DNA of 64,000 bases from an uncultured Planctomycetales bacterium (GTDB taxonomy: Bacteria > Omnitrophota > Gorgyraeia > Zapsychrales > JAHFFX01): positions 207,734-271,733 of the forward strand of contig CAZTCI010000003.1 in the NCBI GenBank assembly GCA_964612665.1, read 5' to 3'. Position numbers and translations under genes: made by a program. The notes below the pieces were generated by a model. The model was given only the letters and a program-made list of their open reading frames with translations, was not told the origin of the DNA and searched no databases. Shown piece after piece: positions 9,491 to 19,268 of the stretch (positions are counted from its first letter, which is position 1; each line of letters starts with the position of its first letter).

Positions 9491-9501
9491 TACGGATATT
9501 T

Positions 9502-10932
9502 ATGTTCATGAGAATAAAAACCTTCCTTCATTCCGCAAGCTTTATTAGATCAGTCTTCCTCTTATCACTTGGTTATTGGATCTATCTTGCCTTTACTTCC
9601 CATATGAATATTTCTCAAGATGCCGAGGGCTATCAACGCCTTGGCCGAATGATCTCGGAACAAGGTTGGGCTGAATATTTTAAAACCGGACCGAACCGCG
9701 AGCCACTTTATCCATTTTTAGTTTCAATCTCTATACGCCTCGGAGAAATCTTGAATACTTCTTATCAAAACGTTCAGAAAGTCTTTCAAATTTTGATTCT
9801 GCTGATGACGCAGGGGTTGGCCTTAAAAATATTAAGAGAATTCCGTGTTTCAAATGCCGCCGCGGGCTTGACTTTACTCTATTTAGGCATTTCACCCGCG
9901 GTTGTGAATGCGGGCTTTAGTCTTTTTTCGGAGGTGGCGACTTATCCTTGGCTGCTCGGCATCATTTTGGTCAGCCTTAAAGCCTGGCAGCATGTTCAAA
10001 CGGATCCTATCAAGGCCTCGCTTAAAGACGGCTTAATATTAGGCTTGCTTTTTGTGCTGATGACGTTTGTTAAAGGCATCTACCAATTTATTATTTTGCT
10101 TTATACATTGCCTTATTTATGTTTGTTGATCCGAGCTATCATGCGCAGGGAATGGAAAACTATAAAAAATATTACCGCTTTATTACTTGGCATGCTCTTA
10201 TGTCATCAGGCTCTGATTTTTCCCTACAAATATGGTAACAAAATTTATAACGGACAATTTACTTTAACTGACCGTGGTTCCTTTGCACTAATCGGGAGTG
10301 TTTTCCGTCGGCAAGAGCCGTTAACGCCCAAACGTATTCTAACCGCAATCGCCTCGATTCCCGGGGAAGGATTTTGCAACTCTTTATTCGGTGAAAAGGA
10401 CTGCTTTTTTTGGGGATTCTTGTCTTTAGACCACTATGCCATTACCAATCTTGGCAAAATTAAACAAAGCGTTCCTCCCGACCAAGTAGATAAAGCCGCG
10501 ATGGATACAGCTAAAAAAGAAATTTTTAAGAACCCTGTGCAGTTTTTTTTATTAATGGTTCAGGATATGCTGAAAATGTTTTTCTGGGAATCGACAAAGA
10601 TTGGATTTGTCTCTTATCCTTCAGCGCTTCAAAAGATTTTTGATTTTGGTCCTTTTAGAAGCGGAATCCGTTTAGGAATCGGAATGTTTTGTTTGTGGAG
10701 TTACTTTTATCTGGCGGGAATAATTTGGCGGCAAAGACACAAACTCTTTATGATCAACTCTGCGGACAACGTTTTTATTTACGGCAGTTTTTTTCTTCTC
10801 TTCCTTATCTCTTGCCACATCGGCATGTATTCTATTTTCGATACAATCCCCCGCTTTGCCCTGCCCATCGCACCGCTTTTTGTCCTTACCCTCGGGACTT
10901 CTTTTGATAATCTGACTACGAAAAAATTCTAA
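9502..10932 (+). CDS. GT-C fold membrane glycosyltransferase, ArnT/PMT_2 (GT83/GT39-like), polyprenyl-phosphate-sugar dependent
   Basis: About 11 transmembrane helices. The first periplasmic loop has a DAEGY...REPLYPFL motif typical of ArnT/PMT. Paralog of 25490-26935. Confidence 0.6.
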   Translation: MFMRIKTFLHSASFIRSVFLLSLGYWIYLAFTSHMNISQDAEGYQRLGRMISEQGWAEYFKTGPNREPLYPFLVSISIRLGEILNTSYQNVQKVFQILILLMTQGLALKILREFRVSNAAAGLTLLYLGISPAVVNAGFSLFSEVATYPWLLGIILVSLKAWQHVQTDPIKASLKDGLILGLLFVLMTFVKGIYQFIILLYTLPYLCLLIRAIMRREWKTIKNITALLLGMLLCHQALIFPYKYGNKIYNGQFTLTDRGSFALIGSVFRRQEPLTPKRILTAIASIPGEGFCNSLFGEKDCFFWGFLSLDHYAITNLGKIKQSVPPDQVDKAAMDTAKKEIFKNPVQFFLLMVQDMLKMFFWESTKIGFVSYPSALQKIFDFGPFRSGIRLGIGMFCLWSYFYLAGIIWRQRHKLFMINSADNVFIYGSFFLLFLISCHIGMYSIFDTIPRFALPIAPLFVLTLGTSFDNLTTKKF

Positions 10933-10934
10933 CG

Positions 10935-11756
10935 CTATAAATCCGCTCCATAAATAGCAAATCGGGTGTTTGGGATAGAATAAATCTTGTGGCTTTGCAC
11001 TAAATGATTTAAATATTTAAAAACATCCCGGTGAACAATGTAATCAAAATCATGCCATATAATCACACCTCGAGGCGAAAGCATTTTAAGGGCATTTTCA
11101 GTATCCGACTTAACATAAGAATAGGCGTGGCTTCCGTCGATATAAATCAAATCCATCTTTCCAAAGTACGGAGAAAAATCAAAACGCATTGAATCCCCAA
11201 AAAGCTCTTTAATTTTCTTACTGCAAGCATGCGCCCGAAAAATTCTCTTATCAATATTTTCTTTACTGAGTTGAAGGACCAAATAATCATCATAGGAATA
11301 TTCTTCCAATTGAGTTTTATTTTGTCCCAAAGAAAAATCAGCCGGAAGGTCCAATGTATAAATCGCAGCGTTATTCGGGCTGTTATAAGCAAAATGCAGC
11401 GTCGTGAAACCATTGTAGGTCCCGATCTCGAAAATATTTTGGGGTTTTAAGTAGGCTGTTATCGCCGCCAGGACTTGCGCCTCACCGGTTCTGGCGACAC
11501 TAGAGTCGGCATTGAAATAATTGGATTGGGCAAAAACTTGATTGTCCTTTAGCTTTTGATAAGTTTTGGTTTCATAAAATGAATATAATTTCCCATGCGA
11601 AAATTGATAGAACTCATTAATGATCGAAAAAAAAGAAAAGGCCAATTTCGAAAGTTTTCGCGGATGAAACAGGCCGTAAAAAAAAATCCGCACGCAGGCC
11701 ACACAAAGGTTAATCAAATTACGCAAATACCATAATGTTTTGCTTTGGGCTTTCAT
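10935..11756 (-). CDS. Class I SAM-dependent methyltransferase (TylF/MycF-like sugar O-methyltransferase family)
   Basis: IFEIGTYNGFTT SAM motif I and DLIYIDGSHAYSYV motif. Confidence 0.55.
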   Translation of the reverse strand: MKAQSKTLWYLRNLINLCVACVRIFFYGLFHPRKLSKLAFSFFSIINEFYQFSHGKLYSFYETKTYQKLKDNQVFAQSNYFNADSSVARTGEAQVLAAITAYLKPQNIFEIGTYNGFTTLHFAYNSPNNAAIYTLDLPADFSLGQNKTQLEEYSYDDYLVLQLSKENIDKRIFRAHACSKKIKELFGDSMRFDFSPYFGKMDLIYIDGSHAYSYVKSDTENALKMLSPRGVIIWHDFDYIVHRDVFKYLNHLVQSHKIYSIPNTRFAIYGADL

Positions 11757-13027
11757 TGCAATCTTTCTTTCTCTAATCGGTCAATCGTGGCCGGTAAATT
11801 AAACAGCCTTGGATAATATATTTTGGAATTATGCAGACTGCGCGTGAATCTAAAACAAAGCAAAATCATCAACCCCAAGACGCAAACCAGCTGCAGCGCT
11901 CGACAGTTCTTTAACGCACGGACAATAAGCACCGAAAAAAGTGTGGTGGCCGCTACGCAGACCGGGACCAAAAATAAAAAATAACGCGCCGGGACGGGAA
12001 AACACGGTGTTGTTTCATCTCCCGTCGGTTTGCTAACCGCTTGATGTTTAAATAAAATCAGCACGGCAACCGCCAAAGCCAACATCCCCAATGCGTATAA
12101 CAAAAAAGGATATCCTCCTTGAAGATTTGAACAGGAAAATCTTTCTACAGAAAATCGACGTGAAAAACAAAAACCCAGCAGGACAGCATAAATAAGCACG
12201 ATGATCAGACGATCTGTGGGGTAATTTGCCGAAATCAATTCTTTCGGCCCATGCCAAAACCAGTAATTGTAATGCGGCAGCTTTGTCGAATAGAGATAAG
12301 CAATCAAGCAAGGCAAAGCCGTTAAAAAAACATACCTAGACCATTGCTTCTCTTTGAGAAGCCACAACAAACACGAAACAATAAAAATCTGCGCCATACT
12401 AAAAACAATTGTAAAGGCCAGACAAAAATGCACGACGATCAAAGCGCGCCAAAGTCTTGATACATCCTCTTTGACCTGACATATCCGTATGAATAAAAGC
12501 AATTGAAGCGTCGTTAGAAAAATCCAGAGCGCGTAAGGACGGGCTTCGGCAATATAAATTTGAATCATATAAGAAGAAGCGCTGATGCCAAGAGAATAAA
12601 AAGCGCTCTTCCAAGAATAAAACCTTGCGAAAAAATAAAAAATAGCGGCGACCGCCAGACTCATAAAGAAAACCGGCTGTAAGCGAACAACAATTTGCGA
12701 AAGTGTGTCTTCATAAAATCCTGGCGTGTGGCCAACCTTTTTCCATTTTTCCATCAAAGATTTCGGCATGCGATAGCCAGCGAGGCCACAAAAGAATTTC
12801 TGCGACAAATAAAATAAAGGACAGTTATTACCTTCTTTGACCAAAGACTCTGACCGCATTAAAAGAATGTCAGTATAGGAAGATTCCATAACGCTTGTTC
12901 TTAATGTATACAGTTCATCAGTCCATAACGGTTTAAAGGCCGCTAAAAAAATTCCCATCGCGCATGACAGCAAAAAAACAACCAAACTGAGTGGAAGAAT
13001 CTTTTTCGCTGGCAGTGTTACTTCCAT
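11753..13027 (-). CDS. Polytopic membrane protein, putative GT-C glycosyltransferase (PMT_2-like)
   Basis: More than 10 predicted transmembrane helices, with a WTDELYT acidic motif in the first loop. Confidence 0.45.
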   Translation of the reverse strand: MEVTLPAKKILPLSLVVFLLSCAMGIFLAAFKPLWTDELYTLRTSVMESSYTDILLMRSESLVKEGNNCPLFYLSQKFFCGLAGYRMPKSLMEKWKKVGHTPGFYEDTLSQIVVRLQPVFFMSLAVAAIFYFFARFYSWKSAFYSLGISASSYMIQIYIAEARPYALWIFLTTLQLLLFIRICQVKEDVSRLWRALIVVHFCLAFTIVFSMAQIFIVSCLLWLLKEKQWSRYVFLTALPCLIAYLYSTKLPHYNYWFWHGPKELISANYPTDRLIIVLIYAVLLGFCFSRRFSVERFSCSNLQGGYPFLLYALGMLALAVAVLILFKHQAVSKPTGDETTPCFPVPARYFLFLVPVCVAATTLFSVLIVRALKNCRALQLVCVLGLMILLCFRFTRSLHNSKIYYPRLFNLPATIDRLEKERLQ

Positions 13028-13953
13028 TTTTTTCCTCGGAAATCATTGGACACAAAAGCGTCTCGACTGGACTGACGAGCCATCTTTAACCCCTGGGCAG
13101 CATCTAAATTGGATAAATTTAAAACACGGTAAGAGCTGATTGAATTTAAAGAAATGTCTAAGGGACGGCTGGGCAGATCATCAGCCACATATTGGGCGGG
13201 CTTGACTAACTCTTCAGAAAATCCAAATTCCCGGGCAAACAGTTTAAGAAAACTATAACGGCTTTCGCGCGAGGCGCCGGCCAAATGAAAAATTCCAGAA
13301 ACACATTCCAGGCCGATCACTTCAATCGCTTTCGCTAAATCTCCTATGTACGTTGGGGAATTAAATAAATTTTCATACGCATCAATCTTTTCCCCTCTTT
13401 TTAAGTTTAAAAAAGCTGTTCCCAAAAAGGATTGTTCGGGATTGTTGGTAGAATAAACGCCGCTCGTGCGGACAATCGCCGCCGGACAGGACATGGATAA
13501 CACCAGATTTTCCGCTTTTAATTTGGTTTGACCATAAACAGTAAGCGGATAACATTCTGAGGACGGTGTGTACCTCCCTTTTAAACCATCAAAGACATAA
13601 TCGGTAGAGATAAAAATAAAAAAGGCGCCGCGTTCGAGACAAACTTCGGCGATATTCTTTGTCCCCACGCTGTTTATTTGTTCAGCCGATTCCGGATGAT
13701 CTTCACACCAACCGACATCTTTCACCCCGGCCAAATGAATCACGCAGGATGGTTTGTATTCCGACACGACAGACAAAATCCGGTCGCGGTTTAAAATGTC
13801 AAAAGGATGAATATCTGCAGTCGAATGAAGAGGCCGGGTTTGGTGATACGTTCTTAACACCTCATACTTACAAGCCAAGGCGTTCACCAGTTGAGAACCG
13901 ATAAAACCGCTGGCGCCCGTCACTAACCACTTAAATTTTGAATTACCTGGCAT
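13018..13953 (-). CDS. NAD(P)-dependent sugar-nucleotide reductase, RmlD (dTDP-4-dehydrorhamnose reductase)-like
   Basis: WLVTGASGFIGSQL Rossmann motif and the FISTDYVFDG motif characteristic of RmlD. Confidence 0.55.
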   Translation of the reverse strand: MPGNSKFKWLVTGASGFIGSQLVNALACKYEVLRTYHQTRPLHSTADIHPFDILNRDRILSVVSEYKPSCVIHLAGVKDVGWCEDHPESAEQINSVGTKNIAEVCLERGAFFIFISTDYVFDGLKGRYTPSSECYPLTVYGQTKLKAENLVLSMSCPAAIVRTSGVYSTNNPEQSFLGTAFLNLKRGEKIDAYENLFNSPTYIGDLAKAIEVIGLECVSGIFHLAGASRESRYSFLKLFAREFGFSEELVKPAQYVADDLPSRPLDISLNSISSYRVLNLSNLDAAQGLKMARQSSRDAFVSNDFRGKKWK

Positions 13954-14662
13954 ATTTTTTTCTAAGGTTCAGAAGAATTTTTAAAAATCGTGATCCCTCT
14001 CGGAAGATCCCCAGCTTTGTCTCGCCAAAAACGCGCTCCCCGTAGGAAATCGTAACTTCTTCAATTTTAAAACCTGCTTTAAAAGCATGAAATGTAAATT
14101 CAATCATCATCGCGTTGCCTTCGCACTCCAAGAGTTTGCCGACTTTATCAAAAACTTCACTGCGAAAAATCCTTAAGCTGTGTGACATGTCGTAAATCTT
14201 AACACCGAGAATGATACGCGATAATTTTTGCCCCAATGAACTTAAATAAATGGCGAACGCGGATTTACTTTTCATGGCCACAATATGTCCAGGCAAATAG
14301 CGCGAACCGATCACCATGTCGGCCAAAGTAGTCTCCATCTTGTCGAGCATTTTCAAAATATCTTGCGGCGCGTGAGCGAGATCAGCGTCCATGATACCGA
14401 CGATAGGCGTTACGGCGGCGTTAATACCGCATTTCCAAGCGGAGGCGAGTCCTTTTTCGTTTTTTCGGACAATGAGTTGAATGATGTTCCCGCAGACAAC
14501 ATTATGCTGTCCAACGATATCTTCAATACCGTCATTGCTGTCGTCATCAACAATAATAATTTTAAGATTGGGCACTTGAGGCAGGATCGTCTGATAAATT
14601 TTGGGCAGGAGAATGTTAACGTTTTGAGCTTCCTTATAAGTGGGGATAACGATCGAAAGCAT
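13943..14662 (-). CDS. GT2 glycosyltransferase, polyprenyl-phosphate sugar synthase (Dpm1/GtrB-like catalytic domain without a transmembrane tail)
   Basis: LSIVIPTYKEAQNV, IIVDDDSNDG and DADLAH (DxD) motifs. Confidence 0.6.
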   Translation of the reverse strand: MLSIVIPTYKEAQNVNILLPKIYQTILPQVPNLKIIIVDDDSNDGIEDIVGQHNVVCGNIIQLIVRKNEKGLASAWKCGINAAVTPIVGIMDADLAHAPQDILKMLDKMETTLADMVIGSRYLPGHIVAMKSKSAFAIYLSSLGQKLSRIILGVKIYDMSHSLRIFRSEVFDKVGKLLECEGNAMMIEFTFHAFKAGFKIEEVTISYGERVFGETKLGIFREGSRFLKILLNLRKKYAR

Positions 14663-14688
14663 AAATGAACTTAAATGGCTAACGCGCT

Positions 14689-15063
14689 TTACGGACGTTT
14701 CTCAGCGTCCACGTAAAAAAAGTCAGGATCATGTTTATCCATTGGATGCGACAACACATTAATCCAACGAGCATCTTTGATAATTTGAAAGGTGTGCACT
14801 TCCAAAGGTTCAACAATAAAAATGTCGCCTTTGCGCACGGTGATTTCTTTGGATTCTTGAGATTTAAGATGCTTGACCGAAACTTTAATTTCACCTTCCA
14901 TAATAAAAAAAAGCTCGGTGGTTTTTTTATGGTAATGGCCGCCGCGCGTTGAGCCGCTGTGAGATTCGATATAATTAATTTCCCGCATCCAGTCAAACTG
15001 GCTGATTCCTAGGATTTCTCCTCGAGAATCAGCAGATTTGAAATAAGGTTTGAGGATTTTCAT
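14689..15063 (-). CDS. Cupin, WxcM/FdtA-like sugar 3,4-ketoisomerase
   Basis: 124 aa; RGGHYHKKTTELFFIMEGEIKV matches the FdtA/QdtA RGxHxH signature. Confidence 0.5.
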   Translation of the reverse strand: MKILKPYFKSADSRGEILGISQFDWMREINYIESHSGSTRGGHYHKKTTELFFIMEGEIKVSVKHLKSQESKEITVRKGDIFIVEPLEVHTFQIIKDARWINVLSHPMDKHDPDFFYVDAEKRP

Positions 15064-15132
15064 AAGCGTTTCTAAGAAAATTTTCTTACTTTTAAAAAAT
15101 GAAACTAACTATAACAAAACACCTTCAATTAA

Positions 15133-16245
15133 TCAAGGCGCCTTTTCTTTGAATAACATGAGCGCAAATGAATCCCAAGCCCACCCTAACGACAATGCCC
15201 AAAACGGCACCACCCAAGTAAATTGGCGCTGCAAAAACCAATAACCCTGGTTTAAAACGCCGATCAAAAGCAGTTCTAAAGGAAAAACGACAAGAGTCAG
15301 GAAAAAAAGTATTTGTAACCATCGTTTAGACAAAGGAAATATAAAAGGAAAAATAACCGCTGGCACAAAAATATAAAGCTTCCGATTTCCGAGGAGATTG
15401 CCAAGAACTCCCTTTACAAAACCAGCCATACTCACTAAAGGATTCGGGATATAATCAAAGGTATTCATGGTCCGGGCATTCTTCAAACTGGCATCAAGAC
15501 CGGTTGTGACCATCGGAAGATGATAAGGACCTATCATGCTAATCAACCATAAAGGCGCCGCTATAACACCGATAACAGCGAAAAAGATAACAATACTCTT
15601 CAAATTCTTTCTAAAATTGACCTCACGCCAGTGACTTAGCACCAAATAACTCAAGACACATAATATGATAACGATGCCATAGGCGTGAAACCATAAGATA
15701 ATCAGAAAAATTATTGCCATCTTAACTTTTTGAACTACAGACCACCCGCCGATTTCTTCAAACGATTTTTCACCATAATAAAAAGCCATCAGAGCCAGCG
15801 TCGGTAAAACGGCATAGACCCGGATTTCAACCGAATGGAAAACCAAATTCCAATTGGAAGCTACAATACTGTACGTGATAACATCACCCATCAGCGTCTT
15901 AAAATACTTTTGGCAAATCTGGTAAAGAAAATAAAATCCTAAAAGCGCAATGGCGATATGCGGGATTGCAATCAACCATTTGTTGAATCCAAACAATTTG
16001 AAAAAAGGATACATCAAAAGATAATCCCCGGAGAGCCAGCCGCCGTGTTCAGCGTGAGGAAGATTGATAAGCACATTAATAAAACTTCCTTGCCGCTGTA
16101 AAAAGTTAAGTTGCCAAATACCGTCGCCTCCAATGCGAGGTGGGTTTATAGCAATACGCTGCAACCGAAAAATTAACGCCAAAAAAGCGAACAGAATCGC
16201 CAGCCATCGACGGAGTTTAGGATTTTCTAGAAATTCCCAGTTCAA
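15133..16245 (-). CDS. Polytopic membrane protein of unknown function (candidate GT-C/GtrII-like transferase)
   Basis: About 10 transmembrane helices. The ORF-track start at 16272 would encode the terminator U-tract and the RBS (SFFSKGE). The start is moved to the in-frame TTG (residue 10) after the GAAAGGAGAG RBS. Confidence 0.45.
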   Translation of the reverse strand: MNWEFLENPKLRRWLAILFAFLALIFRLQRIAINPPRIGGDGIWQLNFLQRQGSFINVLINLPHAEHGGWLSGDYLLMYPFFKLFGFNKWLIAIPHIAIALLGFYFLYQICQKYFKTLMGDVITYSIVASNWNLVFHSVEIRVYAVLPTLALMAFYYGEKSFEEIGGWSVVQKVKMAIIFLIILWFHAYGIVIILCVLSYLVLSHWREVNFRKNLKSIVIFFAVIGVIAAPLWLISMIGPYHLPMVTTGLDASLKNARTMNTFDYIPNPLVSMAGFVKGVLGNLLGNRKLYIFVPAVIFPFIFPLSKRWLQILFFLTLVVFPLELLLIGVLNQGYWFLQRQFTWVVPFWALSLGWAWDSFALMLFKEKAP

Positions 16246-16260
16246 GCTCTCTCCTTTCGA

Positions 16261-16337
16261 AAAAAAACTCAAGGGTGTTAAGTGTCAAGTGTTAGGTGTT
16301 ACATAAATTGTAACACCTAACACTTGACACCTGACAC
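16261..16337 (-). terminator. Intrinsic terminator on the minus strand. The arms GTGTTAAGTGTCAAGTGTTAGGTGTTACA / TGTAACACCTAACACTTGACACCTGACAC form a 29-bp stem (two mismatches: one U-G wobble, one A-C), followed on the minus strand by TTTTTTT (16261-16267)
   Basis: Read directly. Lies between the stop of 16346-17749 and the RBS of the next gene. Confidence 0.7.
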
Positions 16338-16345
16338 ACTTGTCG

Positions 16346-17749
16346 CTAAATAAATTTAATCTTACGCATCGCAAACCCGCACATCCGAAAAAGCAGCAGC
16401 CCGTGGCGAAAGCGCTGGATTTGCGTTGTGCCGTATTGGCGTTCTTTATAACGAATAGGCAATTCGATAATTTTCAAATTGAGTTTAGTTGCGCCGAAAA
16501 TCAAATCAAAATCACCAAACGGATCAAAGTCGCCAAAATATGAACGGTTGGCGGCAATCGCTTCGTAATGATGTTTAAAAAGAACCTTGGTACCGCACAA
16601 CGTATCCTTAAACTGCTGGCCCAAAAGCCACGAAAAAAATAAACCGAAAAATTTATTCGCCACCAGATTCAAAAACCGCATGGCTTCCTTTTCCATGGGA
16701 TATACTAAACGACAACCGTTGATGAATTCACCGCGGTTACGCTGGATCACTTCATAAAATTTCGGAAGATCTTCTGGCGCGACGGTCAAATCAGCGTCGA
16801 GAATTATCAAGATTTCTCCCTGGGCCTGGCTGAACCCTAAGCGCACGGCATCGCCTTTTCCCTTTCCTTTTTGTTTTAAAAGCTTGATATCTTTCTTTGG
16901 ATACGCCTTGATAACCCGTTCGACTTCTTCATAAGTTCCATCTTTTGATCCGCCTTCCACAAAAATAAATTCTTGGTATTTGCCAAAATCAGGCGTACGG
17001 CTGACAACAGCCTCAATATTCCCTTTTTCGTTGCGGCAGGGAACAATAATCGACACGGAAAATTCACACTGATGTTCTCCAACGGGTCTTGCGATAATAA
17101 AATGATTCAAGGTCAACGCGTTAATGACCGGAAGCTTGGCGATATATCGGTTTAATAAATAACTTAGTCCCCAAATTTTCTTAGGATAAATAATAGAACG
17201 TTCGACTTTAATCGGTTCATAACCTTCCAAATGTAAAAAATTGGTAATGTCATCTGCTGTCAGCCAGTTTTGCAGGAGTTGCGGCATCTTCGTTTTTAGT
17301 TTCTCGCCAAGTTTGAGAATGTACTGCCACAGACAGCTGTAATACTCAATAATGATCCGCGTATCGCTGTGGCAAAAACGTTTCAAATCTTTTAAAAACT
17401 GTTGAACGTCGGTGAGTTCACCCACCAATCCAGATAAAATAATATAATCGAATTTCTGCTCGAAACGAAGGTCGCTGATTTCGCCTAAGAAAAACTGCAG
17501 CTGCGGATGTTTCGCGCGGGCGATTTTAATCATTTCTGAACTCACATCACAGCCCACACCCAGCGACGGCAAAAGTGCGTTAAGCAACACCCCTGTTGAA
17601 CACCCGACTTCCAGGATTTTTTTGTGCGGTGGAATAAAATAACGGTATTGTTTATAAAGGAGAGAATAATAGTAAGCATTTTGGCCGAGAAAATCCTGGC
17701 GTTGGGACGCCAGCGCATCGTAATGACGGGCGATTGTTTCCGTTGTCAT
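16346..17749 (-). CDS. Bifunctional fusion: N-terminal class I SAM methyltransferase plus C-terminal GT2 polyprenyl-phosphate glycosyltransferase
   Basis: N-terminal [17 protein letters not shown] (SAM motif I); C-terminal [18 protein letters not shown] and [13 protein letters not shown] (GT2 DxD). Confidence 0.6.
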   Translation of the reverse strand: MTTETIARHYDALASQRQDFLGQNAYYYSLLYKQYRYFIPPHKKILEVGCSTGVLLNALLPSLGVGCDVSSEMIKIARAKHPQLQFFLGEISDLRFEQKFDYIILSGLVGELTDVQQFLKDLKRFCHSDTRIIIEYYSCLWQYILKLGEKLKTKMPQLLQNWLTADDITNFLHLEGYEPIKVERSIIYPKKIWGLSYLLNRYIAKLPVINALTLNHFIIARPVGEHQCEFSVSIIVPCRNEKGNIEAVVSRTPDFGKYQEFIFVEGGSKDGTYEEVERVIKAYPKKDIKLLKQKGKGKGDAVRLGFSQAQGEILIILDADLTVAPEDLPKFYEVIQRNRGEFINGCRLVYPMEKEAMRFLNLVANKFFGLFFSWLLGQQFKDTLCGTKVLFKHHYEAIAANRSYFGDFDPFGDFDLIFGATKLNLKIIELPIRYKERQYGTTQIQRFRHGLLLFRMCGFAMRKIKFI

Positions 17750-18816
17750 GAACGTATCCAGCGGTCTTTGTTAAATTGGAAAATCTGTTCTAATGTTTCC
17801 TTCAAAGAATATTGCTGGCGCCATTGCGGGCAATGGCTTTGAAATTTGGCGAAATCCGTTATATACCAGCGGTGATCGCCGAGCCGGTTATTTTTTTGAA
17901 ACGCCACTTTCATTTTTCGGCCGGTGATGTCTTCACAAAGTTGAATAGCTTCTAAAATTGAACAACTGTTGAGTCGCCCGCCGCCGATGTTATAGACTTC
18001 GCCGGGCCGCGGCTTTTCATAAAAATAATTAAACGCCGTAACCAAATCAAAACTGTGAATGTTGTCGCGGACCTGCTTACCTTTGTAACCAAAAATTTTA
18101 TAAGGTGTTTTCGTCGCGGCGCATTTCATAAGGTAGGATAAAAATCCATGCGCTTGTGTTCCAGAATGACGCGGGCCCGTTAAACATCCCGCCCGGAAAC
18201 ATACCGTGTTCATCCCAAAATAACGCCCATATTCCTGGACTAAAATATCTGCTGCAGCTTTGGAAGCACCGAAAAGCGAATGCAGCGATTGATCGATCGA
18301 CATGGATTCATTGATCCCGGCGTAATGTGAATCGTTTTTGGTTAAGTCGAAACGCTTTTCGTATTCATGCAAGGCTAAATGATTAGGAAGATCGCCGTAG
18401 ACTTTATTGGTACTTACAAAAATAAAAACCGCCTTCGGACAATGGCGGCGGGTCATTTCGAGAAGATTGAGTGTTCCATTGGCGTTCACCGTAAAATCGG
18501 TCAAAGGCTCGCGGGCGGCCCAATCGTGTGAAGGCTGGGCCGCCGCATGGATAATCAACTTGATATGCTTACTGTAATTCTTGAAAATGCGTTCTAACTT
18601 TTTTGTATCACGGATATCTAGAGAATTATGCTGATAAGATTGAATTTCTCGACGGATTTCTCTTAAATTCCATTCAGTTGAAGCATCCTTGCCAAAAAAA
18701 TACCGGCGCATATTGTTGTCGATACCGACAACTTTAAATCCTTGGCCCGCAAAAAATTCAACCGCCTGCGAACCAATGAGCCCTGCCGAACCTGTGATAA
18801 TTGCGACACTCATAAA
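17746..18816 (-). CDS. NAD-dependent epimerase/dehydratase (CDP-paratose 2-epimerase-like SDR)
   Basis: [15 protein letters not shown] Rossmann motif and YxxxK (YGASKAAAD). The start is set at MSVAIITG; the ORF track extends to 18900. Confidence 0.55.
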   Translation of the reverse strand, partial: FMSVAIITGSAGLIGSQAVEFFAGQGFKVVGIDNNMRRYFFGKDASTEWNLREIRREIQSYQHNSLDIRDTKKLERIFKNYSKHIKLIIHAAAQPSHDWAAREPLTDFTVNANGTLNLLEMTRRHCPKAVFIFVSTNKVYGDLPNHLALHEYEKRFDLTKNDSHYAGINESMSIDQSLHSLFGASKAAADILVQEYGRYFGMNTVCFRAGCLTGPRHSGTQAHGFLSYLMKCAATKTPYKIFGYKGKQVRDNIHSFDLVTAFNYFYEKPRPGEVYNIGGGRLNSCSILEAIQLCEDITGRKMKVAFQKNNRLGDHRWYITDFAKFQSHCPQWRQQYSLKETLEQIFQFNKDRWIRS

Positions 18817-19268
18817 AGCATCATTTTTGAAAAAACATTGGGTCTCTGTTTTTTTAAAGAAGATTCTTATCCGTCGGTGTAATAACACGCTTATGTTCAA
18901 AGGGTTTTATTTTCTGCACCACCATCAAAAATGCAATGTAATCATTCAAGTCGCGAGATGATTCGGGTTTATGCCGTTGTGCCTTAAGAAATTCCTGACG
19001 CCGTTCTTGGCTTAGACCATCAGCCAGCATTTCTTTCTTTTCACGATCACTGAGCATTGTTTATCCTTTTTAATAAAATATCCAATTCCCTATCTTGATC
19101 AAACAAATGAAAGTATTCTTTAATAAGATTAAAATCTAACTTATTAAAATCTTTTCTTATTAAAAATTCAATATCAGCTAAGTCTAATGCATGGCGTGTA
19201 GTATTATTCACCATTGATTGAACCTTTATTGACTTTTGTGAATCCAAAGGAAGAAACAAAAGTCAATA

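Noticed and set aside
14679-14996. 105-aa ORF overlapping the cupin gene in another frame, and similar overlapping ORFs (870-1139, 1453-1882, 23822-24250, 35227-35769)
   Set aside because: These lie within, or antisense to, well-supported CDSs with clear family signatures. They have no RBS and a low-complexity composition.
15133-16272. ORF-track N-terminus MSFFSKGESL for the membrane protein
   Set aside because: Those codons are the terminator U-tract and the AAAGGAGAG ribosome-binding site on the minus strand. The true start is more likely the in-frame TTG at 16245.
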